Source: Pseudomonadota bacterium (GTDB taxonomy: Bacteria > Pseudomonadota > Alphaproteobacteria > Rhodobacterales > Rhodobacteraceae). From it: DNA of 64,000 bases. The first letter of the stretch is position 1. Every line of letters starts with the position of its first letter. Made by a program: the position numbers and the translations under genes. Shown here piece after piece: positions 1 to 8,154 of this stretch. The notes below the pieces were generated by a model, which was given only the letters and a program-made list of their open reading frames with translations, ran no database searches and had not been told where the DNA came from. The DNA lies in the NCBI GenBank assembly GCA_039180525.1, contig JBCDDF010000003.1, forward strand, positions 94,789 to 158,788, given 5' to 3'.

Positions 1-149
1 GCCAGCGGCCCGTTGCATCTTTCGGTGGAAGGTCTGGGATGCCCATTCGATCCGCTGTTGAGCTGGATATAGGCCCGCGTATCAGGCGATGCAAGCGCGA
101 AGTGGTTAACCGGGAACGACCACCGCGCTTCGGCCCACGCGCCCCGGGC

Positions 150-563
150 TCAGGATATCGGATAAAGCCGCGCCATATCCGCAACCGACACCCGCACCAG
201 ATCCTCCAGCACCGCCATATCGACCGACTTCAGCCGCCCCAGATAAAGGCAACTGACCGAATGCCGGTGCGGCCCCAGCCGGACCAAATGGTCGGCATAC
301 TTGGCCACGCCCGGCATGACATAGACCACCAAGTTCGCCTTGCGCGGCGCCAGCCCGGTGCGGAAGAACCGGTGGCGAGAGCCGTCCGCGCGCGCATATT
401 CATACGCCCCGAACCCTATGATGCTGTCGCCCCAGATCCGCGGTGGCCAGCCGGTGACGCGCGCCATCATCGCCATCACCGAGGCGGCATCCTCCCGCCG
501 GCCGGCATGGGCGATCCCGGCCAGATAGACCGCCGGGTCCGCATCCGTCTCGACCGTCTTCAC
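150..563 (-). CDS. DUF1801 (YdhG-like) domain protein
   Basis: 137 aa ORF with WGDSIIGFGAY, GLAPRKANLVVY and LGPHRHSVSCLYL motifs typical of DUF1801; lies directly downstream of regA. Confidence 0.8.
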   Translation of the reverse strand: MKTVETDADPAVYLAGIAHAGRREDAASVMAMMARVTGWPPRIWGDSIIGFGAYEYARADGSRHRFFRTGLAPRKANLVVYVMPGVAKYADHLVRLGPHRHSVSCLYLGRLKSVDMAVLEDLVRVSVADMARLYPIS

Positions 564-570
564 CGCCGCT

Positions 571-1125
571 TCAGCGCGGAGAGCGTTTCGCCAGGATCCG
601 CTGCAACGTCCGCCGATGCATGTTCAACCGCCGCGCGGTTTCCGAGACATTGCGGTCGCACAGCTCATAAACGCGCTGGATATGTTCCCACCGCACCCGG
701 TCGGCGGACATCGGGTTTTCCGGCGGCGGCGGCTTGTCGTCCTCTTCGGCCAACAGCGCCTGGGTGATCTCGTTGGCATCCGCAGGCTTGGAAATATAGT
801 CGGTGGCCCCGATCTTCACCGCCGCGACCGCGGTGGCGATGGCGCCGTAGCCGGTCAGCACGACGATACGGCTGTCCGGCCGGCGCGCGCGCAGGGTTTC
901 CACAACATCCAGTCCGTTGCCATCCTCCAGCCGCAGATCGACCACCGCATAGGCCGGCGGGCTGGTGGCCACGATCTGCTTGCCCTCGCGCACGGTCTGA
1001 ACGGCGGTGGGCTCGAACCCCCGCTTCTCCATGGCCCGGGTCAACCGCCGCAAAAACGGCTCGTCATCATCGAGCAACAGCAGAGAGTTGTCCTCGCCGA
1101 TCTCCTTCAACACACGCTCGCTCAT
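571..1125 (-). CDS. regA: ActR/PrrA/RegA family redox response regulator
   Basis: Receiver domain (LLLDDD, VVDLRLEDG, LTGYG) plus the near-invariant C-terminus PPPPENPMSADRVRWEHIQRVYELCDRNVSETARRLNMHRRTLQRILAKRSPR; start taken at MSERVL. Confidence 0.95.
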   Translation of the reverse strand: MSERVLKEIGEDNSLLLLDDDEPFLRRLTRAMEKRGFEPTAVQTVREGKQIVATSPPAYAVVDLRLEDGNGLDVVETLRARRPDSRIVVLTGYGAIATAVAAVKIGATDYISKPADANEITQALLAEEDDKPPPPENPMSADRVRWEHIQRVYELCDRNVSETARRLNMHRRTLQRILAKRSPR

Positions 1126-1346
1126 CGCCGAAATCCTCTTGGTTTTCCGGGATGTAGTGTGACTTGGGGTAGGGGTCAAAGGATCACAAACCGGACGACG
1201 TTCCGTCATCGAGGTTGCGTCGTTCCCACCGAGTCAACATGTCGCAGTCTGCATCCGTCGTTAAATAACAAGAGACCTAGCGATCTGATATACGTAATGT
1301 GTAACGCGACGCTTGACGGCTGTGTTTGGACAATGTTCGCTGCATA

Positions 1347-1637
1347 ATGCTTACGCCAGACCAGTTTTCCGACAAGCGTCTCAAACAATTGTATCAGAAC
1401 GGGGTAGTACGCGGCCTGAATAATGACTGGCTGCCTAAGATCAAAAGGTATCTCGCGGCATTGGCCGTAGCCGTTGATCCTAAGGACCTAGATATGCCGG
1501 GTAGCCACTGGCACCAGCTCAAGGGAAACCGAAGCGACACGTATTCCGTCCGCGTATCGGGTAATTGGCGGCTCACCTATCGTTGGATCGATAATGGGCC
1601 TGCGAATGTGAAACTGGAGGACTATCATGGCAACTGA
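1347..1637 (+). CDS. higB: HigB-like toxin, RelE/ParE superfamily (type II TA)
   Basis: HQLKGNRSDTYSVRVSGNWRLTYRW...LEDYH motif; toxin gene precedes and overlaps the antitoxin gene. Confidence 0.85.
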   Translation: MLTPDQFSDKRLKQLYQNGVVRGLNNDWLPKIKRYLAALAVAVDPKDLDMPGSHWHQLKGNRSDTYSVRVSGNWRLTYRWIDNGPANVKLEDYHGN

Positions 1638-1941
1638 CGACACGATACCGGCCTTCGAACCGCCGCATCCGGGCGAATATATCCGCGAGGACATCCTCCC
1701 CGCCTTGGACATGACGATTGCGCAACTGGCCGCGCATTTGGGAGTTACCCGCCAGACGCTTTCAAACCTGATAAATGAAAAACGCGCGGTCTCTACCGAA
1801 ATGGCGATCCGGCTTGGTAAAGCATTTGGAAATGGCGCGCGGTTCTGGCTGGCCCTGCAAATGCAGCGGGATATTTGGGAACGCCAACTCAAGGATCAGC
1901 CGGATGTGAAGCCCCTGAATTGGGATACAGAGGCCGCCTAA
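1627..1941 (+). CDS. higA: HigA family antitoxin (HTH-XRE)
   Basis: PPHPGEYIREDIL...LGVTRQTLSNLINEKRAVSTEMAIRLGKAFG...FWLALQ signature. Confidence 0.92.
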   Translation: MATDDTIPAFEPPHPGEYIREDILPALDMTIAQLAAHLGVTRQTLSNLINEKRAVSTEMAIRLGKAFGNGARFWLALQMQRDIWERQLKDQPDVKPLNWDTEAA

Positions 1942-2234
1942 CCCCGCCTCCGCCGCCCACCCGCACTGCGGCAGTGAAACGCCGGATCCTTGTTCTTCAG
2001 CCAGCCGATCAGCCGCGCTAAATGCGGGTGCGCGCGCAGGGCCTCCAGCGTGTTATACGCCCGCGCCAGTTCCGTCTCGCTCAGCACCGCATGGATCTCG
2101 TTGTGGCAGATCTGGTGCAGCCGCACCACCGGCCCGCCTTTGCCGCCGCGCAGCTTGGGTGTCAGGTGGTGCAGGCTCTGCCGCGCATGGGGCGGGATCG
2201 GGCGGCCGCACAGGCCGCAAATCGGGTCGTCCAT
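1938..2234 (-). CDS. small HNH endonuclease-like protein
   Basis: CGLCGR...HHLTPKLRGG...LHQICHNEIH motif; start taken at MDDPIC. Confidence 0.8.
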   Translation of the reverse strand: MDDPICGLCGRPIPPHARQSLHHLTPKLRGGKGGPVVRLHQICHNEIHAVLSETELARAYNTLEALRAHPHLARLIGWLKNKDPAFHCRSAGGRRRRG

Positions 2235-2356
2235 GCAAGGCGATATGGCCCGCCGCCGCACCCCGTCACTCCACCACAAGTTTCACACCACCCCTTGCGC
2301 CGCGCCCGCGTGCTTGTTTCAACCAACCCAACGATAAACTCAGGGAGGGGCGGCGG

Positions 2357-4612
2357 ATGCGCAGCGCCAAATTCACCCGTGACGAGGCGCTGGCCTATCA
2401 CCTGCAGCCTCGGCCGGGGAAACTGTCGGTCTCGGCCTCCGTGCCGATGGCCACCCAGCGCGATCTCAGCCTGGCCTATTCCCCCGGCGTCGCCGTGCCG
2501 GTGGAGGAGATCGCCGCCAATCCCGGCCTGGCCTATGACTACACGACCAAGGGCAACATGGTGGCCGTCATCTCCAACGGATCGGCGATCCTGGGGCTGG
2601 GGAATCTGGGTGCGCTGGCCTCCAAACCGGTGATGGAGGGCAAGGCGGCGCTGTTCAAACGCTTCGCCGATGTCGACGCCATCGACATCGAACTGGACAC
2701 CCAGGATGCCGACCAGATCGTGCAGGCGGTCAGCCTGATGGGGCCCAGCTTCGGCGGCATCAACCTGGAGGATATCAAGGCGCCGGAATGCTTCATCATC
2801 GAACAGCGCCTGAAAGAGGTGATGGACATCCCCGTCTTTCACGACGACCAGCACGGCACCGCGGTGATCTGCGCCGCCGGGCTGATCAATGCGCTGAAAC
2901 TCTCGGGCAAGGCGCTGGCCGACTGCAAGATCGTGCTGAACGGCGCCGGGGCTGCGGGCATCGCCTGCATCGAACTGCTCAAGGCGATGGGCGCGCGGCA
3001 TGACAATTGCATCGTCTGCGACACCAAGGGCGTGATCTATCAGGGCCGGACAGAGGGTATGAACCAGTGGAAATCGGCCCATGCCGTGCCCACGCCCTGC
3101 CGGTCACTGGCCGACGCGATGGAAGGGGCGGACGTGTTCCTGGGCGTGTCCGCCAAGGGCGCCGTGACCCGGGCGATGGTCGCGGCGATGGCGCCCAAAC
3201 CGGTAATCTTCGCGATGGCCAACCCCGATCCCGAAATCACCCCCGAAGAGGCGCGCGAGGTGCGCGACGACGTCATCATCGCCACCGGGCGGTCCGACTA
3301 TCCGAACCAGGTCAATAACGTGCTGGGCTTTCCCTATCTGTTCCGCGGTGCGCTGGATATCCACGCCCGCGCGATCAACGATGAAATGAAAATCGCCTGT
3401 GCCCAGGCGCTGGCCGACCTGGCGCGGCAGGATGTGCCCGACGAGGTCGCCATGGCCTATGGCCGCAAGCTGGCCTTTGGCCCCGACTACATCATCCCCA
3501 CGCCCTTCGACCCGCGGCTGATCCACGTCATTCCGCCCGCGGTGGCGCGCGCGGGCATGGATACCGGTGCGGCGCGGCGGCCGATCATCGATATGGAAGG
3601 CTATGAGAACGATCTGAAGGCGCGGCTCGACCCGACCGCCTCGATCCTGCAGTCGCTTTACGCGCGCGCGCGGCGCGAACAAGCGCGCATCGTCTTTACC
3701 GAGGGCGATGACGAACGCGTGGTGCGCGCTGCGGTGGCGTTTCGGCGCGCCGGTCTGGGCCGCCCGGTCGTGGTCGGCCGAGAGGCCGAGGTCCGCGAGA
3801 TGCTCGCCGCCGCCGGCATGCCCGAGGCTTTCGCCGACATCGAACTGATCAATGCGTCCACCGTCGATACGCTGGCGTCCTATCGCTCCGCACTTTACGC
3901 GCGCCTGCAGCGCAAGGGGTTCGACCAGCGCGATTGCCACCGGCTGGCCGCGCGCGACCGGCATGTCTTTGCCTCGCTGATGGTCAAGCACGGGCATGCC
4001 GACGGCATGATCACGGGGGCGACCCGGAAGTCGGCGCAGGTGCTGAAGCTGATCAACCATGTCTTCGACGCGGGCCCGGGCGACGGCGCGGTGGGCGTGA
4101 CCGCGGTGCTGCTGGGCGGGCGGGTGGTCCTGATCGCCGACACGCTGGTGCATGAATGGCCCGATGCCCAGGATCTGGCCGACATCGCCGAACGCGCCGC
4201 CCAGGTCGCCCGCGGCCTGGGGCTGGAGCCGCGCGTGGCTTTCGCCAGTTTTTCCAATTTCGGCTATCCGGTCAGCGAACGTGCGGTCAAGATGGCGGAC
4301 GCGACCAAGGTTCTGGCCGCCCGCGGCGTCGATTTCGAACATGACGGCGAGATGACCGTCGATGTGGCGCTGAATGCGGACATATTAGAACAATACCCGT
4401 TTTGCCGCCTGTCCGGGCCCGCCAATATCCTTGTGGTTCCGGCGCGGCACTCCGCTTCGATTTCGGTGAAACTGCTTCAGGAATTAGCCGGCGCCACCGT
4501 GATCGGGCCAATTCTGACCGGGATAGATCGACCGGTGAAAATCTGCTCCATGGGGGCCACGGTCAATGACATCCTGAACATGGCCGTGATCGCGGCCTGC
4601 AAGGTCGGCTGA
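2357..4612 (+). CDS. maeB: NADP-dependent malic enzyme with C-terminal phosphotransacetylase-like domain
   Basis: LSLAYSPGVA, GNLGALASKPVMEGK, INLEDI, FHDDQHGT and GRSDYPNQVNN motifs plus a PTA-like C-terminus; GGAGG SD upstream of ATG 2357. Confidence 0.95.
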   Translation: MRSAKFTRDEALAYHLQPRPGKLSVSASVPMATQRDLSLAYSPGVAVPVEEIAANPGLAYDYTTKGNMVAVISNGSAILGLGNLGALASKPVMEGKAALFKRFADVDAIDIELDTQDADQIVQAVSLMGPSFGGINLEDIKAPECFIIEQRLKEVMDIPVFHDDQHGTAVICAAGLINALKLSGKALADCKIVLNGAGAAGIACIELLKAMGARHDNCIVCDTKGVIYQGRTEGMNQWKSAHAVPTPCRSLADAMEGADVFLGVSAKGAVTRAMVAAMAPKPVIFAMANPDPEITPEEAREVRDDVIIATGRSDYPNQVNNVLGFPYLFRGALDIHARAINDEMKIACAQALADLARQDVPDEVAMAYGRKLAFGPDYIIPTPFDPRLIHVIPPAVARAGMDTGAARRPIIDMEGYENDLKARLDPTASILQSLYARARREQARIVFTEGDDERVVRAAVAFRRAGLGRPVVVGREAEVREMLAAAGMPEAFADIELINASTVDTLASYRSALYARLQRKGFDQRDCHRLAARDRHVFASLMVKHGHADGMITGATRKSAQVLKLINHVFDAGPGDGAVGVTAVLLGGRVVLIADTLVHEWPDAQDLADIAERAAQVARGLGLEPRVAFASFSNFGYPVSERAVKMADATKVLAARGVDFEHDGEMTVDVALNADILEQYPFCRLSGPANILVVPARHSASISVKLLQELAGATVIGPILTGIDRPVKICSMGATVNDILNMAVIAACKVG

Positions 4613-4726
4613 GCGGGTCTTTGCGCTGAAATAGAACGACCGCCGCTATCAATTAAAGAAAAAGACGCGCCGCAAACCCCACATCGGCGCGCCTTCTCCA
4701 TATCCGATCGCCCAGAAGGGCGTGGG

Positions 4727-5071
4727 TCAGACCAGCAGATCCTTCTCCGCCTTCCCGCCCTTGATGGCGGCTTTGAACCATTCCGGCTGACGGCCCCGCC
4801 CGGACCAGGTCTGCGAGCTGTCCTTGGGGTTCTTGTACTTCGCCGGCAACGGCGCTTTCTTTGCTGCCGCACCGCGCCGCTTGCGCTTGGGGGCCGGCGC
4901 GCCGCCGCCCAGAACTTCGGCGACCGATACGCCGAATTTCTTGGCCACCGCCTCGATTTCCTTTTGCGCGTCTTTCAGGCGTTTCTGCTCGCGCGCGCTC
5001 AATGCCTTTTCGACATCCGCCTTAAGCTTCTCCAGCTCTTTGACGGACATCTTAGTCAGGTCGACTTTCAT
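4727..5071 (-). CDS. H-NS family nucleoid protein (HvrA/Spb-like)
   Basis: Coiled-coil N-terminus and AKYKNPKDSSQTWSGRGRQPEW DNA-binding motif. Confidence 0.92.
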   Translation of the reverse strand: MKVDLTKMSVKELEKLKADVEKALSAREQKRLKDAQKEIEAVAKKFGVSVAEVLGGGAPAPKRKRRGAAAKKAPLPAKYKNPKDSSQTWSGRGRQPEWFKAAIKGGKAEKDLLV

Positions 5072-5450
5072 CTGATTTGCCTTTTCATGTCACCTTTGTT
5101 CGGGTGACTTAGGCGACAAGTCCATTTCTGGCAATAGATCGGTTCGCATAAAGGCGCAAAACCGTGCAATTGTCGACGTTTATGCTTGGATTCAAACGAT
5201 GCCCAACCGCGTCGGATATCGGCCGCAATACGCGGTGACGTAAACCGAATGCCGCTTCAGTCCTGGATCGCCACCAGGTGTGGCGCCCGGCGATTGCCTT
5301 GCATGACTGCGCCCCGATGTATCGCTCCGATGCTCCAGGGCATTGCCCAACCGCGCCCATCCAACTGGGTTTGCGCAACGGCAAGCGCGGGCCACCGCGC
5401 GCGCGGCCGTTTCGCCGATCGGGCCGCCCGCAGCCGGTAGCGCAAATCGC

Positions 5451-5864
5451 TTAATCCGGCGCGCGCGCACGTATTCGATTGTTGCGGGTATTATGTTCCA
5501 AATCGACCAACCCCAGAATTTCCAACACCGGCGGAACGTAATTGGCGAAGCGCCCGCGATAGCCTTTGCGCAGCCCATAATACCCGCCGACCGGATTGCC
5601 GTTATCGCGCGCCCAAGCCTCCAGCGTGCCGGGTTTCACCGGTTTGTCTTCGTCGGCATTGCCCAGCGGCATCCAATCGCCATGGGTGATCAGCATTCCA
5701 TGGGTGTCCTCTATCGCGCGCCATCTATAGGACAGCTCCGTTGTTCCGACGCGCACCATAAGCGCCGCCGCGCCGGAGTCGTGCCAGGCCAGGAATTCCG
5801 ATCGCCGGGGCGGCGTTTTCAAAATCCAGGGGTCGTCCGGCGTGCCGGTGCCATAGGTGATCAT
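5451..5864 (-). CDS. conserved hypothetical protein (DUF6855-like)
   Basis: GTGTPDDPWILKTPP...LGNADEDKPVKPGTLEAWARDNGNPVGGYYGLRKGYRGRFANY pattern recalled as DUF6855; start may be 5870 or 5864. Confidence 0.65.
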   Translation of the reverse strand: MITYGTGTPDDPWILKTPPRRSEFLAWHDSGAAALMVRVGTTELSYRWRAIEDTHGMLITHGDWMPLGNADEDKPVKPGTLEAWARDNGNPVGGYYGLRKGYRGRFANYVPPVLEILGLVDLEHNTRNNRIRARAPD

Positions 5865-5974
5865 ATGCATGCCGCACCTGCCTTGCTTGGGGCGTCGCAG
5901 TTTAAAAGTGGCGAAAACCGCTCAAATACGCCGGCGTGGCGCATCAATCTCACGCATATTTCGATATGTGCCAT
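5861..5974 (-). CDS. putative 37-aa upstream ORF or gene remnant (MAHIEICVRLMRHAGVFERFSPLLNCDAPSKAGAACI)
   Basis: GGAGGG SD immediately before ATG 5974; its TGA overlaps the DUF6855 ATG (ATGA); shorter than the ORF-track cutoff. Confidence 0.4.
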   Translation of the reverse strand: MAHIEICVRLMRHAGVFERFSPLLNCDAPSKAGAACI

Positions 5975-6068
5975 TGTCCCTCCTGGGAATCACCGTTCGG
6001 CGTTTCGCTAGAGTGCTTTCGATACAGTGGGTTATATGAAGTCTGTTGTCTTATTTGAGGATTGATTT

Positions 6069-6677
6069 ATGCGCGCCGCACGATTGTTGCAGATCCTGTT
6101 ATTGCTGCAAAACAGGGGGCGATTGACCAGCGCACAATTGGCCGAGGAACTGGAAGTCACGCGCCGCACCATCCTGCGCGACGTCGACGCCATGACCGAG
6201 GCCGGGCTGCCGGTCCAGGTATTTCAGGGCAATCGCGGTGGGATCGAATTGGGGTTCAACTACCGCACCCGTCTGACCGGCCTGGCGGCGGACGAGGCCG
6301 AAGCGCTGGGCGTGATCCTAGGCGCCACGGTGCAGGCGGTGGCGGCGTTGGATATGGGAAAGGCGGCGGATCGGGCGCGCGCGAAACTGTTGGAAAGCTT
6401 TCCCGACAAGGTCCGCAACCGGGCGCAGCAGGCGCAGGCGCGGTTCCGTTTCGATATTCCCGCGCCGCCGCTCGACCCGCGGGTCGCGGCGCTGGCCCAT
6501 GCGGTGCGCGAACGTAAAACCGTGCGGATCAACGCCCGGTCCGCCGCGCCGCGCGCATTGCAGCCCGAGGCGTTGCTGCAACGGGCCGATGGGTGGTTCG
6601 TGATCGACCGCGCGGGCGACGAGATTGCGCTTGCCGATTGCGGCGATCTGAACGTGTCGGCAAAGACGTTTGACTGA
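6069..6677 (+). CDS. YafY-like HTH-WYL transcriptional regulator (short, apparently without WCX domain)
   Basis: MRAARLLQILLLLQNRGRLTSAQLAEELEVTRRTILRD wHTH followed by a WYL-like segment (RALQPEALLQRADGWFV). Confidence 0.85.
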   Translation: MRAARLLQILLLLQNRGRLTSAQLAEELEVTRRTILRDVDAMTEAGLPVQVFQGNRGGIELGFNYRTRLTGLAADEAEALGVILGATVQAVAALDMGKAADRARAKLLESFPDKVRNRAQQAQARFRFDIPAPPLDPRVAALAHAVRERKTVRINARSAAPRALQPEALLQRADGWFVIDRAGDEIALADCGDLNVSAKTFD

Positions 6678-6704
6678 GCGCTGCGGCGCGGGCACGCTCT
6701 CGCC

Positions 6705-7901
6705 ATGCCCGCGCCGCCGCATCCCTCACACAGCGCCGAACGGTTCACCGGCGATCTGACCGCGCCGCCGCCGATCCCGCCCGCGGCCCTGGCCGCAGCG
6801 CAGGCGCTGATGCGGGATGGCGCGCTTTTTCGATATGGCGAACAGGGGGGTGCGGAAAACGCCGCCGCGGCGCTGGAGGCGGAGTTCGCCGAAAGCTTGG
6901 GCGCGCGCTACTGCGTGGCGGTCAATTCCGGCGGCTCGGCGCTGTTTCTGGCGCTCAAAGCCGCGGGCATCGGCCCCGGCGACCGGGTGCTGATCAACGC
7001 TTTCACGCTGGCGCCCGCGGTCAGCGCCATCGTTCATGTCGGCGCGCAACCGGTGCTGGTCGACATAACCCCCGATCTGGTGGTCGACACCGAAGATCTG
7101 CGCGCCCGCGCGCCGGACGCCCAGGCGCTGCTGCTCAGTTACATGCGCGGCCACCTTCCGGATATGGATGCCGTGATGGCGGCCGCCGGCGATATCCCGA
7201 TCGTCGAGGATTGCGCCCACGCCACCGGCGCCACCTGGGCCGGACGACCCATCGGCCGCTTCGGCGTCGCGGGATGTTTCAGCGCTCAGGGCTACAAGCA
7301 TCTGAACGCCGGCGAAGGCGGCTTCATCGTCACCGACGATGCCGACCTGGCCGCGCGCGCGATCCTGATGTCGGGCTCCTACATGCTCTACGCCCAGCAC
7401 CGCGCCCGGCCGGAACAACGGGTGCTGGCGCGCTGGGCGCCGCATATGCCCAACTTTTCCATGCGCATGACCGGCTTGGCGGCGGCCCTGCTGCGGCCCC
7501 AGATCGCAGAGCTGCCCGCCCGGGTCGACCGCTGGCGCGGCATCCACGCCCGCGTGGCCGCCGAACTGGCCGCCGTGCCGGATCTGCGCCTGCCGACATC
7601 CGCGCCAGGCGCCGCCCCGGCACCCACCTCGCTGCAATTCACCCTTGATCGTCCGGGCGCGCAGATCGCCGCCTTCCTCGACCGCGCCGCCGCGCAAGGC
7701 GTGGCGATCAAATGGTTCGGTCGCCCCGAAGCGGTCGGCTTCACCAGCCGCCCCGACCACTGGGCCTATGCCGCGCAGCCAACCCCGCCAACCGCCGCGC
7801 GCATACTCGCCAACCTTTGCGATATCCGCCTCCCGCTGGCGCTGACGGATGCCGACGCCGCCCTGATCGGACGGATCGTCGCGCGGGCGGCCGGTGTCTG
7901 A
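6705..7901 (+). CDS. DegT/DnrJ/EryC1/StrS family PLP-dependent aminotransferase
   Basis: VNSGGSAL, VEDCAHA and FSAQGYKHLNAGEGG (PLP lysine) motifs. Confidence 0.88.
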   Translation: MPAPPHPSHSAERFTGDLTAPPPIPPAALAAAQALMRDGALFRYGEQGGAENAAAALEAEFAESLGARYCVAVNSGGSALFLALKAAGIGPGDRVLINAFTLAPAVSAIVHVGAQPVLVDITPDLVVDTEDLRARAPDAQALLLSYMRGHLPDMDAVMAAAGDIPIVEDCAHATGATWAGRPIGRFGVAGCFSAQGYKHLNAGEGGFIVTDDADLAARAILMSGSYMLYAQHRARPEQRVLARWAPHMPNFSMRMTGLAAALLRPQIAELPARVDRWRGIHARVAAELAAVPDLRLPTSAPGAAPAPTSLQFTLDRPGAQIAAFLDRAAAQGVAIKWFGRPEAVGFTSRPDHWAYAAQPTPPTAARILANLCDIRLPLALTDADAALIGRIVARAAGV

Positions 7902-7906
7902 TCTTT

Positions 7907-8018
7907 GCCTCCGGCGGGAATATTTTGAGAACAAAGAAGCCTTAACTCGCGCCAGCACGCTCGGCCAGAGCGCCGCCCCCCAGCTTCTTTGTTCCCAAAA
8001 AATACTCCCGCCGGAGGC
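7907..8018. repeat. inverted pair of ~35-bp intergenic repeats (REP/MITE-like)
   Basis: gcctccggcgggaatattttgagaacaaagaagc (7907-7940) and its near reverse complement gcttctttgttcccaaaaaatactcccgccggaggc (7983-8018); third copy at 32580-32613. Confidence 0.8.
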
Positions 8019-8154
8019 TCTGAGACCGGCCACGCGCGATTGCGCCGGAGCGTCCGGGCGGCTAGACTCACTGCAACGAGCAGTCGCAATATCCGGGGCA
8101 AACCGGTGGGTCGCATTTTATTAAAGGTCCTCCCTTTCATTGGGGGGCGTGCAG

